A stretch of 64,000 bases of DNA. It comes from an uncultured Actinomycetes bacterium (GTDB lineage: Bacteria > Actinomycetota > JAICYB01). Positions 35,472-44,596 of the stretch are shown one piece after another. The stretch covers positions 30,061 through 94,060 of the forward strand of contig CAZLKN010000001.1 of the NCBI GenBank assembly GCA_964560135.1, in the 5' to 3' direction. Made by a program: the position numbers and the translations under genes. The notes under the pieces were generated by a model, which saw only the letters and a program-made list of their open reading frames with translations, made no database searches and had not been told where the DNA came from. Numbering within the stretch: the stretch's first letter is position 1; the number at the start of each line of letters is the position of its first letter.

Positions 35472-37268
35472 ATGCGGACGCTGCGCACGGTCGGGGTCGT
35501 CGTCGGGCTGGGGGCGTTGCTCCTGGGGCTCGGCCCGGCCCCCGCGTCAACGGCCGCCGACGACCAGCTCGAGGCAGGCTTCGCGGTGCGTTCCATCCTG
35601 CCGGACCCCGAGATCTACGACGAGGTCTGGCACACGGGCCGCCGGCGGCCGACGGGCGTGCTGGACGGGAACTGGGCTCGGGCGGTGGTGCTCGAGCAGG
35701 GCGATCGGCGGCTCGGGATCGTGGCCCTGGATCTGCTCGGCCTGTTCTACGACGACGTGGTCGAGATCCGAGAAGCCGTGCGCGCCGAGCTCGGCGCCGG
35801 CACCCAGGTGATCGTGGCATCGACCCATTCGCATGCCACCGTGGACACCCTCGGGATCTACGGCCCCGACGAGGTCACCTCGGGACTGCACGAGGAATAT
35901 CAGGAATTTGTCCGGACGCAGGCGGCGGAGGCGGTGATCGCCGCCGCGGACGCCGTCGAGCCCGTGCGCGCGCGCTTCGCGTCGCGTCAGGCCCCCGACG
36001 GCCTGAACGAGTACGACATCAACCGGTACCCGGGCTCCTTCGACGACGGGGTGAACGCGATCTCCTTCGAACGCACCGACGGGAGCGCGGTGGGTACCCT
36101 CGTGAACTGGGCCAGCCATCCGGAGCTGGTCGACCCACGGTCCTCGTCGGATCCCGACATCCCGGAGGGGATCCGCGGCGCGATCCTGTCCAGCGACTAC
36201 GTCCACACCCTGCGCGAGACCGTCGAGGGTGGCGGGGGCGGGACGGCGGTGTTCGTCAACGGACCCGTGGGGGCCGTGACGGGGCTCGCGATGCAGCCGA
36301 CCGACCCGGCTACCGGTGAGGTGTTCACGGAGCGCCGGTCGGTGGCCAAGGCCTACCACGTGGGCCGGACGGTGGGGGCAACGGCCCTCGAGGCGCTGGG
36401 GGACGGGTTCGTCGTGGACAACCCGCAGCTCGAGGTGGATTCGGTCGTCTTCGACCTGCGCATCGACAATCCGTTCCTGCTCGCCCTCAAGGCCACGGGA
36501 GTCGTGGGACGCGCGACCTACGAGGCGGGCGTGGAGGTGCCACTCGGCCGCCACGTGCGAACCGAGATGGTGCGTGTGGGCTTGGGTCCGGCGGAGTTCC
36601 TCACGGTCCCTGGCGAGCTGCACCCGGACGTGTACACCGGCGGCTACCTGCCGCGCTCCGAGCGCGCGAACCCCGACGTGCCGAGGGAGCGGGCGATCCG
36701 TCCCCAGATGTCGGGGGAGATCAGGTTCCTCATCGGTCTGGGACAGGACGAGCTCGGGTACTTCGTGTCGGCCACCGACTTCGTCGGGCCCTCCACCGTC
36801 TTCCCCGTCTACGGCCGGGGCGTCGACCGGAACGGACGCAGCCACTACCAGGAGACGCTCTCGCTCGGACGCGACACCGCCCGCACCATCGGACAGTTCG
36901 CGTCGCTCCTGCTCGGCCAGGAACCGGAGGCCGACTACGTGGCGTACCCCGGCGGTTTCCTCGACGCCGACGGCGTGCCCTCCTACCGGGGTGACCACTC
37001 GGGTGACGTCCGGGGGATCTGGATCGACACCTCGGGCAGCGGACGCTACGAGTTCGGCGGCGACGCCCAGGTGGTCACGCCGCTGCCCGCCGGTGTTCCC
37101 GCCGCCTACGGGTTCCTGGACGCCCGGGGTCGGGATATGGGGGCCTCACCGTCCACGGCCGCCCGCGGGGTGTGGGCGGACGGCGACGGCGATGGCGCCT
37201 TCGATCCGCTCCGCGACCCCCACCTGTTCTTCGACAGCTACCACGTGGGCAAGGGCGAGATCCCGTAG
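35472..37268 (+). CDS. Secreted neutral/alkaline ceramidase-family hydrolase.
   Basis: There is a signal peptide (MRTLRTVGVVVGLGALLLGLGPAPASTAA). The sequence IVALDLLGLF...VIVASTHSHATVDTLGIYG resembles the neutral ceramidase N-terminal catalytic region. A GGGAGGG RBS precedes the ATG. Confidence 0.55.
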   Translation: MRTLRTVGVVVGLGALLLGLGPAPASTAADDQLEAGFAVRSILPDPEIYDEVWHTGRRRPTGVLDGNWARAVVLEQGDRRLGIVALDLLGLFYDDVVEIREAVRAELGAGTQVIVASTHSHATVDTLGIYGPDEVTSGLHEEYQEFVRTQAAEAVIAAADAVEPVRARFASRQAPDGLNEYDINRYPGSFDDGVNAISFERTDGSAVGTLVNWASHPELVDPRSSSDPDIPEGIRGAILSSDYVHTLRETVEGGGGGTAVFVNGPVGAVTGLAMQPTDPATGEVFTERRSVAKAYHVGRTVGATALEALGDGFVVDNPQLEVDSVVFDLRIDNPFLLALKATGVVGRATYEAGVEVPLGRHVRTEMVRVGLGPAEFLTVPGELHPDVYTGGYLPRSERANPDVPRERAIRPQMSGEIRFLIGLGQDELGYFVSATDFVGPSTVFPVYGRGVDRNGRSHYQETLSLGRDTARTIGQFASLLLGQEPEADYVAYPGGFLDADGVPSYRGDHSGDVRGIWIDTSGSGRYEFGGDAQVVTPLPAGVPAAYGFLDARGRDMGASPSTAARGVWADGDGDGAFDPLRDPHLFFDSYHVGKGEIP

Positions 37269-37272
37269 CGGG

Positions 37273-38244
37273 CTACCAGGCGTAGGCTTCGGGGGCCGGG
37301 CCCCCGGGCCCGGGGAAGATCTCGTCGAGCCTGCCGAGCACCGCCTCGCCGAGGGTGATCTGAAGCGCCCGCAGCGAGCCGTCGAGCTGCTCGAGCGTGC
37401 GGGGGCCGATGATCGGCGCCGTCACCGCCTGGCGGGTGAGGAGCCATGCGAGGGCGACGTCCGCGGGGGTCTCGCCGATCTCGGCGCACAGCTTCTCGTA
37501 GGCCTCGATCCGGTCGCGATGCTTTTCGAGCGTCTCCTGGATCCGGTCGGACGCGCGCCGTCCCTCGGCCTGCTTGCCGATCACGCCGCCCAGCAGTCCG
37601 CCGGCCAGCGGACTCCACGGGATCACGCCGAGGCCGTAGCGCTCGCAGGCGGGGAGCACCTCGAGCTCGACGGTGCGGGCGTTGAGGTTGTACAGGCTCT
37701 GCTCGCTCACGAGGCCGAGGAAGTGCCGGGCCTTCGCGGCCTCGCAGGCCTGCGCGATGTGCCAGCCGGCGAAGTTGGACGACCCGGCGTAGATCACCTT
37801 CCCCTGCGCGACGAGGGTCTCGCAGGCCTCCCAGATCTCCTCCCACGATGTGGACCGGTCGACGTGGTGGAACTGGTAGAGGTCGATGTGGTCGGTCTTC
37901 AGACGCTTCAGGCTCTCCTCACAGGCGCGCCGGATGTTGAGCCCCGACAGTCGCGAGTGGTTGGGCCATTCCGCCATGCGTCCGAAGACCTTCGTGGCCA
38001 GGACGGTCTTCTCCCGGCGCCCGCCGCCTTTGGCGAACCAGCCTCCGATGATCTGCTCGGTGACGCCCTCGCCGAGCTTGGCGCCGTAGACATTCGCGGT
38101 GTCGAAGAAGTTGATCCCGTGCTCGTGGGCCCGGTCCATGATCGCGTGTGCGTCTTCTTCGGTGGTCTGGGGGCCGAAGTTCATCGTGCCGAGGCACAGG
38201 CGGCTGACCTTGAGGCCGGAACGGCCGAGGTGGGCGTAGTCCAT
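37273..38244 (-). CDS. Aldo/keto reductase.
   Basis: The sequence LGRSGLKVSRLCLGTMNFG...INFFDTANVYG has the AKR catalytic tetrad context. Confidence 0.85.
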   Translation of the reverse strand: MDYAHLGRSGLKVSRLCLGTMNFGPQTTEEDAHAIMDRAHEHGINFFDTANVYGAKLGEGVTEQIIGGWFAKGGGRREKTVLATKVFGRMAEWPNHSRLSGLNIRRACEESLKRLKTDHIDLYQFHHVDRSTSWEEIWEACETLVAQGKVIYAGSSNFAGWHIAQACEAAKARHFLGLVSEQSLYNLNARTVELEVLPACERYGLGVIPWSPLAGGLLGGVIGKQAEGRRASDRIQETLEKHRDRIEAYEKLCAEIGETPADVALAWLLTRQAVTAPIIGPRTLEQLDGSLRALQITLGEAVLGRLDEIFPGPGGPAPEAYAW

Positions 38245-38373
38245 GCGTCCCTCCTTGCGCGCGGACGGTCAGTGTATCGCCCCGTCGTGGGGGCCGGTTT
38301 TTGTCACTACCAGAACGTATGATCGTGTTGTCTTTTCCGTTCGGTCGAGCCCCTTTCGAGGTGAGGAGTCCTG

Positions 38374-39651
38374 GTGGATAGGAAGGCGTTGTCGGCGCTG
38401 CCGTCGGCGGTATTGACGGAGATGGTGGATCAGCTCTACGCGCTGATCTGCCGCCTGGTCGTGCTGCTGATCACGGTGGCCGATGTGTGCCGGGAGCGCG
38501 GTGTGCATCTGGAGGATCAGGTGCCGTCGATGGAGGACTGGCTGCGGATCCGTCTTGGGGTGCGGCGGTCGACGGCGCGGGAGTACGTGCGGATGGGTCG
38601 GGCGGCTTCCGGGTTGCCGGCGACGTCTGCGGCGTTGGCCGGCGGCCTGCTGTCGGTCGACCAGTTCAGTGCCGTGTCCCGGTATGCGACGCCGGAGACC
38701 GATGAGGAGCTGGCGCGTACGTCGGTTGGGGTGCCCGTGACGGTCCTGGACCGGCGGGCCCGCCGTGCGCGGGACCTCTCGGCAGAGGACGCGGACGCGT
38801 CGCATCGGGCGCGCCGGGTACGGATCCGTGAGGATCGTGAGCGTGGCGAGTACCACCTTTGGGCGAGGTTGCCGGGAGCCGAGGGTGCGGTGGTGAGGAA
38901 GGCTCTCGAGCTGGAGGCCGACCGGATGGAGCCTGATCCGGTGACGGGTGTGTTCGCACCGTACGAGATGCGGTTGGCGGATGCCCTGGTGGGGATGGCC
39001 CGGGACCGGTTGGGTGGGCAGGCGAAGAGCTCCCCGGAGCGGGCGACGGTGGTCGTGCACGTGGATGCCGCCGCTCTCGCGTCGGGTCAGGGGTATGCGG
39101 AGGTCCAAGGCGGTCCCCCGATCGCGATCGAGACCGCGAAGCGTCTGTTGTGTGATGCGAACGTCCGCACCCTCTTGGAGTCGGAGGGTCGGGCGGTGGG
39201 GATCGGCCGGCGGAGCCGGAGCGTGCCACCGGCGATTGAGCAGATCATCTGGCATCGGGATGGGGGCTGCGTGTTCCTGGGCTGCGGGCGGAGGCTGTGG
39301 GTGCAGGTGCACCACCTGAAGGAATGGGGGTGCGGGGGTCCCACGGATGCCCACAATCTGGTGCTGGTCTGCCCGCTGTGTCACCAGCTCGTGCACGAGG
39401 GCGGGTGGCGGATCGAGGGCAACCCGTACGAGGAGTTGATCTTCCGGGCGCCGGACGGCCGCGAATGGCGGACGGGTCCGGCGGGCCTTCATGCCGAAAC
39501 CCGTGCCCGGTTCTTCGAGGAAGATCCGATCTCCGAAAGCCCTGAGGCGGAGCCGGCTGAGCTCCCACCTGCGGCTCGGGGGCCGGCCGAAGACTCGGGA
39601 ACGATGGAACTCCCGGATGAGCCTGCGCCCCCCTACGACGACACCTCCTGA
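38374..39651 (+). CDS. HNH endonuclease with an N-terminal DUF222 domain (actinobacterial '13E12-repeat' family; putative selfish element).
   Basis: The HNH region is WHRDGGCVFLGCGRRLWVQVHHLKEW...HNLVLVCPLCHQLVHEGGW. The N-terminus has a DUF222-like architecture. The start is GTG. Confidence 0.75.
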   Translation: MDRKALSALPSAVLTEMVDQLYALICRLVVLLITVADVCRERGVHLEDQVPSMEDWLRIRLGVRRSTAREYVRMGRAASGLPATSAALAGGLLSVDQFSAVSRYATPETDEELARTSVGVPVTVLDRRARRARDLSAEDADASHRARRVRIREDRERGEYHLWARLPGAEGAVVRKALELEADRMEPDPVTGVFAPYEMRLADALVGMARDRLGGQAKSSPERATVVVHVDAAALASGQGYAEVQGGPPIAIETAKRLLCDANVRTLLESEGRAVGIGRRSRSVPPAIEQIIWHRDGGCVFLGCGRRLWVQVHHLKEWGCGGPTDAHNLVLVCPLCHQLVHEGGWRIEGNPYEELIFRAPDGREWRTGPAGLHAETRARFFEEDPISESPEAEPAELPPAARGPAEDSGTMELPDEPAPPYDDTS

Positions 39652-39798
39652 ACAGGAGTCTGGCGCTGAGGACGACGCCATCTCGCCGGATACACTCCGG
39701 ACATGCCGCACTGGTAGGAGTCGCGGCCGAACACGGTCTGCCGGCAGCCGAGGTGACTCGTGGATCCGTCGAGCGAAGGACAGATGAATGGCGCCTCG

Positions 39799-40248
39799 AT
39801 GACCGAGGTCCGGTCCGCGCGTTCGGACGAGGCTGCGCGGTTGACCCAGATCGCCTTCGCGGCGAAGCGGCACTGGGGCTACGGGGACGCGCTGATCGAC
39901 CTCTGGGCCGATGAGCTCACGGTCTCGCGCGAGCTCGTCGCCGAGCATCCCGTCTACTGCGCGGAGCGGAATGCCGAGATCGTCGGGTTCTACGCTCTGA
40001 GCGAACAGGACGCCGGCTTCGAGCTCGAACACATGTGGGTCGACCCCCAGCACATCGGCTCCGGCGTCGGCACCCTCCTGTTCGAACACGCCGTCCGGAC
40101 GGTGGTCTCCCTCGGTGGATCGGAGCTGGTCATCGTCGCCGATCCGAACGCCGAGGGCTTCTACCGGAAGATGGGCGCGGCCCCCGCGGGCACGGTCCCG
40201 TCTCGCCCCGAGGGCCGAAGGCTGCCACTCCTCAGGTTGGTGGTTTGA
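39799..40248 (+). CDS. GNAT family N-acetyltransferase.
   Basis: The acetyl-CoA motif region is HIGSGVGTLLFEHAV, with ...VADPNAEGFYRKMG. Upstream in-frame alternative starts lie at 39760 and 39784. Confidence 0.65.
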   Translation: MTEVRSARSDEAARLTQIAFAAKRHWGYGDALIDLWADELTVSRELVAEHPVYCAERNAEIVGFYALSEQDAGFELEHMWVDPQHIGSGVGTLLFEHAVRTVVSLGGSELVIVADPNAEGFYRKMGAAPAGTVPSRPEGRRLPLLRLVV

Positions 40249-40265
40249 GCGAACCGTACTTGCCT

Positions 40266-41099
40266 TCAGCGCACGATGCGTGACATGCGACGGTCGGCCA
40301 GGACCTTGCCCCCGGTCTGACACCGTGGACAGTACGTGACCTCGTAGCTCTCGTAGGACACCCGCCGCAGGTCCTCGCCGCAGGCCGGGCACGGGTGCCC
40401 CCACCGGCGGTGGACGGTGAAGTGGTCGCCGATCTTCGTGGGCAGGCCCCCGGAGCGTTTCCGCTCGGCCTCCAGCGCCTCGTCCAGGACGCGCCGGGTC
40501 TCGGCCAGCAGCCGCTCCCGATCCTCCGGGCCCAGCGACTTCAGGGTCGCGTACGGGGAGATCGCGGCGGCGTGGAGGATGTCGTCGACGTAACCGCGGC
40601 CGATACCGGCGACGGTGCGCTGGTCGCGCAGGATCGTGTGGACGCGACGGGTGTCCTCCCCGTCGCGCACCAGCGCTGCGAAGGCCTCCGAGTCCGGCTC
40701 CGGGCCGAGCTTGGTCAGCGGCCCATCGTCGCCGGAGGCCAGCACCCACCAGCCGGCCTTACGCTCCGTGCCGAACTCCTTCACGAGCACCGAGGGCCTG
40801 CCGGCGAAGCGCAGACGCACCACGCCGAACTTCGGGCGGGTGCGCTTGGGTGGGTCCTCGACATCGATCCGGCCCCCTTGCGAGAGATGGACGAGCAGCC
40901 GCGGCCCGGAGAAGTCCCAGACCAGGTACTTGCCGCGCCGACCCACACCGGCGAGCTCGCGTCCGTGCAGCGACTCCGGCGCCGGATCGTAGGTCTTGAG
41001 GGCGGAGAACTGGAGGGGGTCGCTCCCTGCGAACACGGCTCCGCGCAGGAGCGCGTCGAGCCGTTCGGCCAGGGCCTGCACCTCGGGGAGCTCGGGCAC
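40266..41099 (-). CDS. Formamidopyrimidine-DNA glycosylase / endonuclease VIII family (Fpg/Nei).
   Basis: The canonical N-terminus MPELPEV is present, with the catalytic Pro2 and Glu3, an H2TH region, and a C-terminal zinc finger (CPACGEDL...CPRCQ). Confidence 0.85.
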   Translation of the reverse strand: MPELPEVQALAERLDALLRGAVFAGSDPLQFSALKTYDPAPESLHGRELAGVGRRGKYLVWDFSGPRLLVHLSQGGRIDVEDPPKRTRPKFGVVRLRFAGRPSVLVKEFGTERKAGWWVLASGDDGPLTKLGPEPDSEAFAALVRDGEDTRRVHTILRDQRTVAGIGRGYVDDILHAAAISPYATLKSLGPEDRERLLAETRRVLDEALEAERKRSGGLPTKIGDHFTVHRRWGHPCPACGEDLRRVSYESYEVTYCPRCQTGGKVLADRRMSRIVR

Positions 41100-41108
41100 G
41101 ACACCATT

Positions 41109-41636
41109 CTACGTACCGATGATCAGCGGCAGGGTCCGGTAGGACACCTCCTCGGAGAGCGCGATCACCGTGGTGGTCCGGTCGATGCCGCGGACCTCGA
41201 GGATCCGGTCCAGCACCTCCTGGAGGTGCTCGTGGGTGTGGGCCACGACCCGCAGGTGCAGGTCGCTCTCGCCGGTGATCGTGTGGACCTCGAGCACCTC
41301 CGGGATCGAGCGGAGATGGTCGACGATGGCCGCCCGGCGCCCCTGGGCGAAGGCGATGGAGCAGAAAGCCAGCACCGGGTAGCCGGCGGCGGCGGGGTCG
41401 ATCTGGAGGTCGAGCGCCCCGAGGACACCGCGGGCCCGCAGCTTCTCGAGACGCGACTGCACCGTCCCCCGCGCGACCCCCAGCGTGCGGGCCAGCTCCA
41501 TCACGGGAACCCGGGGGTCGTCGGCCAGGGCCGCGATGAGGCGGCGATCCACACCGTCCAGGGTGCCTGACAGATCGATCACCTCCGTCGCATTTTTCGC
41601 AAGAACACTGTACAGATCGTCCAGTCGCGGGGCCAT
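41109..41636 (-). CDS. Lrp/AsnC family transcriptional regulator.
   Basis: The protein has an HTH (LDGVDRRLIAALADDPRVPVMELARTLGVARGTVQSRL) and a RAM domain. The gene is divergent from hppD. Confidence 0.8.
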   Translation of the reverse strand: MAPRLDDLYSVLAKNATEVIDLSGTLDGVDRRLIAALADDPRVPVMELARTLGVARGTVQSRLEKLRARGVLGALDLQIDPAAAGYPVLAFCSIAFAQGRRAAIVDHLRSIPEVLEVHTITGESDLHLRVVAHTHEHLQEVLDRILEVRGIDRTTTVIALSEEVSYRTLPLIIGT

Positions 41637-41709
41637 CGCTTGACGGTGTGCTGCCCTGCTGGGGATGTTGTGTGCACGATCCGTCCTGTGCGAGGAGGAG
41701 GCGACCACG

Positions 41710-42813
41710 ATGGACACGAAGCAGCAGCAACGGACGCTCGGCCTGGAGGGGGTCGACCATCTCGAGTTCTGGGTGGGTAATGCCCGTGCCTACGCCGGAT
41801 TCCTCGCCGCCAACTTCGGGTTCTCGATCCTCGCCTACGCGGGGCAGGAAACCGGCCTGCGCGACCGCGCGTCCTACGTGCTCCAGCAGGGGGAGATCCG
41901 GTTCGTCGTCACCGGGAGCCTGCTCCCCGACACCGCGATCGCCGACCATGTCCGGCTCCACGGCGACGGGGTCCGGTGCGTGGCGTTGCGGGTGCGTGAC
42001 TGCAAGGACGCCTACGCGCAGGCTCTCGAGCGCGGCGCTCGGGGCATCGCCGAGCCCGAGGAGCAGAGCGACGAGCACGGCAGCATCGTCACCGCCTCGA
42101 TCGCCGCCTATGGGGACACCATCCACACCTTCGTGGAGCGCTCCGACTACCGCGGCATCTTCGCCCCCGGCTACGGGCCCCCGCGGCAGCGTGACCCCGA
42201 GGGGGCCCCGGTGGACCTGGAGGCCATCGACCACGTGGTCGCCAACGTGCCGGAGATGGAGCCCTGGGTGCGCTACTACGAGCAGATCATGGGCTTCTCG
42301 CAGCTCACCCACTTCACCGACGAGGACGTGTCCACCGAGTACTCGGCGCTCATGTCCAAGGTCGTCGAGGACGGCGGCGGCAAGATCGTGCTGCCGATCA
42401 ACGAGCCCGCCACCGGCAAGCGCAAGTCGCAGATCGAAGAGTACCTCGAGTACTACCGGGGGCCGGGGGTGCAGCACATCGCGATGCGCACCGACGACAT
42501 CGTGTCCGCGGTGCGGTCGCTGCGGGCGCGCGGGGTGCGGTTCCTGCGCGTGCCGAAGACCTACTACGACGAGGCCCGCGAACGGATGACCGGGGTCGAT
42601 CTGCCCTGGGAGGACCTCGCCGAGCTCGGGATCCTCGTGGACCGCGACCACGACGGCCATCTGCTCCAGATCTTCACCGAGAACGTCTGCGACCGGCCCA
42701 CCGTGTTCTTCGAGATCATCCAGCGGGAGGGGTCGCGGGGCTTCGGCGTGGGCAACTTCAAGGCGCTGTTCCAGGCCATCGAGCGCGAGCAGGCCGACCG
42801 CGGCAACCTGTAG
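41710..42813 (+). CDS. hppD: 4-hydroxyphenylpyruvate dioxygenase.
   Basis: The protein has the VOC fold and the HPPD C-terminal iron-site motifs (QHIAMRTDDI, FFEIIQR). A GAGGAGGAGG RBS precedes the ATG. Confidence 0.85.
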   Translation: MDTKQQQRTLGLEGVDHLEFWVGNARAYAGFLAANFGFSILAYAGQETGLRDRASYVLQQGEIRFVVTGSLLPDTAIADHVRLHGDGVRCVALRVRDCKDAYAQALERGARGIAEPEEQSDEHGSIVTASIAAYGDTIHTFVERSDYRGIFAPGYGPPRQRDPEGAPVDLEAIDHVVANVPEMEPWVRYYEQIMGFSQLTHFTDEDVSTEYSALMSKVVEDGGGKIVLPINEPATGKRKSQIEEYLEYYRGPGVQHIAMRTDDIVSAVRSLRARGVRFLRVPKTYYDEARERMTGVDLPWEDLAELGILVDRDHDGHLLQIFTENVCDRPTVFFEIIQREGSRGFGVGNFKALFQAIEREQADRGNL

Positions 42814-42844
42814 TGGAGCCCGCGAGCCGCCAGGAGGAGGGGAC

Positions 42845-43948
42845 ATGAAGGGACTGCCGCAGTGGATCAAGGGGAAGACGAGCCGGCAGGCGCACGTCGC
42901 CCTCCCCGAGGGCACCTGCGAGGAGGAGCATGGCCGGCTCGGGTTCTTCGGCGCCGCCAGCCACCTGTACCGTCTGCACCCGCCCACGGGCTGGACGAAG
43001 GTCGAGGGCCCGGCCGCCCACCATGCGATGGACCTCGGCAAGCTCGACATCGGCGACGAGCTGTGGGCCACCGAGATCCTCTACAACGACGACGTCTCGA
43101 TCGCCTACCACCGCTACCGGGAGGGCCGTCCGGAGTTCCTGCGGGACGCCGACGGCGACCTGCTGTACTTCGTCCACAACGGCGCCGGCCGGCTGCAGAC
43201 CGAGTACGGGCCGCTGGGCTACCGTCCCGGCGATTACCTGTACCTGCCCCGAGGCACCACCTTCCGTTTCGAGCCCGCCGAGCCCACCGACCTGCTGGTG
43301 CTCGAGAGCCGCACCGGCCCCCTCGAGCTCCCCGACCGCGGGATCCTCGGCCGCCACGCGCTGTTCGACCCGGCGGTGCTCGAGGTGCCCGAGCCTGACC
43401 CGGTGGACGAGGAGGGTGAGTTCGTCATCGTCGTGAAGCGGCTCGGCGTCGAGACCCGCGTCACCTATCCCCACCATCCGTGCGACGTGGTCGGCTGGAA
43501 GGGCGACCTCGCGCCGATGCGGCTGAACGTAGAGGACTTCCGTCCGGTGTCCTCGGCCCGGTACCACCTGCCGCCGTCGGCGCACTCCACCTTCACCGGT
43601 GAGGGCTTCGTGGTGGCGACCTTCGCGCCCCGTCCGGGCGAGGAGGACCCCGAGGCGCTGAAGCTCCCCTTCTACCACCGCAACATCGACTTCGACGAGG
43701 TGATCTTCTACCACCGGGGCGACTTCATGTCACGGTCCGGGATCGACGCGGGGATGCTGACCTTCCACGGCGCCGGGTTGCACCACGGGCCCCAACCGAA
43801 GGCTGTGGAGCGCGCCGCCGAGGCGCCGCCCGGTCCCCGGCAGCTCCAGGAGTACGCGGTGATGATCGACACCCGCGGCCCACTGTCCGTCGCCGACCCA
43901 GGCCTCAAGGTGGACATCTCCGGCTACGCGATGAGCTGGACGCAGTGA
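42845..43948 (+). CDS. hmgA: Homogentisate 1,2-dioxygenase.
   Basis: The cupin core contains His ligands (HRNIDFDEVIFYHRGDF ... FHGAGLHHGP). The N-terminus is MKGLPQWIKGK. A GGAGGAGG RBS is present. Confidence 0.8.
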   Translation: MKGLPQWIKGKTSRQAHVALPEGTCEEEHGRLGFFGAASHLYRLHPPTGWTKVEGPAAHHAMDLGKLDIGDELWATEILYNDDVSIAYHRYREGRPEFLRDADGDLLYFVHNGAGRLQTEYGPLGYRPGDYLYLPRGTTFRFEPAEPTDLLVLESRTGPLELPDRGILGRHALFDPAVLEVPEPDPVDEEGEFVIVVKRLGVETRVTYPHHPCDVVGWKGDLAPMRLNVEDFRPVSSARYHLPPSAHSTFTGEGFVVATFAPRPGEEDPEALKLPFYHRNIDFDEVIFYHRGDFMSRSGIDAGMLTFHGAGLHHGPQPKAVERAAEAPPGPRQLQEYAVMIDTRGPLSVADPGLKVDISGYAMSWTQ

Positions 43949-43954
43949 CGAGGC

Positions 43955-44503
43955 TCAGCGGCGGAACAGGTGGTTGAGGTCGATCGCTATTCCCCGCGGC
44001 TGCAGCGGTGAGGCGCTTTCGGGGGCCCGGATAGTCTGCGGCGCTGCATACCGTCCGTCTTCGAGGCGGTAGATCTCGACCCGGTCGGCGTCGGGGTCGG
44101 TGATCCAGTACTCGGGGATGCCGAAGCGCTCGTACCGGGAAAGCTTGAGCTTCCGGTCCCGGCGGGGGTCGGACAGGATCTCGATCACCCACGACGGAGT
44201 TCCCCAGATGTTGGCGTCCGTGAGCACGTCGATCCGCTCGTCGGTGACGAACACGATGTCGGGCTGAACCACGTCTCCGCTCGAATCGAGGACGACGTCG
44301 AACGGCGCTACGTACGCCTCGCCTCCGCCGTGCCGATCGAGGTGGTCGGCGATGAGGATGTAGAGGCGACCAAGGATCTGCTGGTGACGCCTGTTCGGGC
44401 TCGGAACCACGTAGGCCTCCCCGTCGATCAGCTCCCATCGCTGACCCTCGGGGAAGTGGACGTAATCGTCGTAGGTCAGCCTTCGTTCAGGCCTGGTCGC
44501 CAT
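43955..44503 (-). CDS. Uma2-family (DUF820) PD-(D/E)xK endonuclease-like protein.
   Basis: The sequence YERFGIPEYWITDPDADRVEIYRL and the QPDIVFV...E block match the Uma2 restriction-endonuclease-like fold. The start is at MATRPERRL, with a GGGAGCGAGG RBS. The longer ORF is antisense to the FAH gene. Confidence 0.7.
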   Translation of the reverse strand: MATRPERRLTYDDYVHFPEGQRWELIDGEAYVVPSPNRRHQQILGRLYILIADHLDRHGGGEAYVAPFDVVLDSSGDVVQPDIVFVTDERIDVLTDANIWGTPSWVIEILSDPRRDRKLKLSRYERFGIPEYWITDPDADRVEIYRLEDGRYAAPQTIRAPESASPLQPRGIAIDLNHLFRR

Positions 44504-44596
44504 AACCTCGCTCCCACATCGGCCCTGCTTCGGGGAAGGCATTTCCAACGCTAGCACGGGATGCCGACGGTCAATCGGAGAGGTATCCTTCCCTCC

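Noticed and set aside
38269-40749. 826-aa minus-strand ORF spanning the HNH, GNAT and Fpg regions
   Set aside because: It is a shadow ORF. The three sense-strand genes each have clear motifs: an HNH zinc finger, a GNAT motif and MPELPEV respectively.
40759-43071. 770-aa minus-strand ORF across fpg, lrp and hppD
   Set aside because: It is a shadow ORF with low-complexity, RGPA-rich composition.
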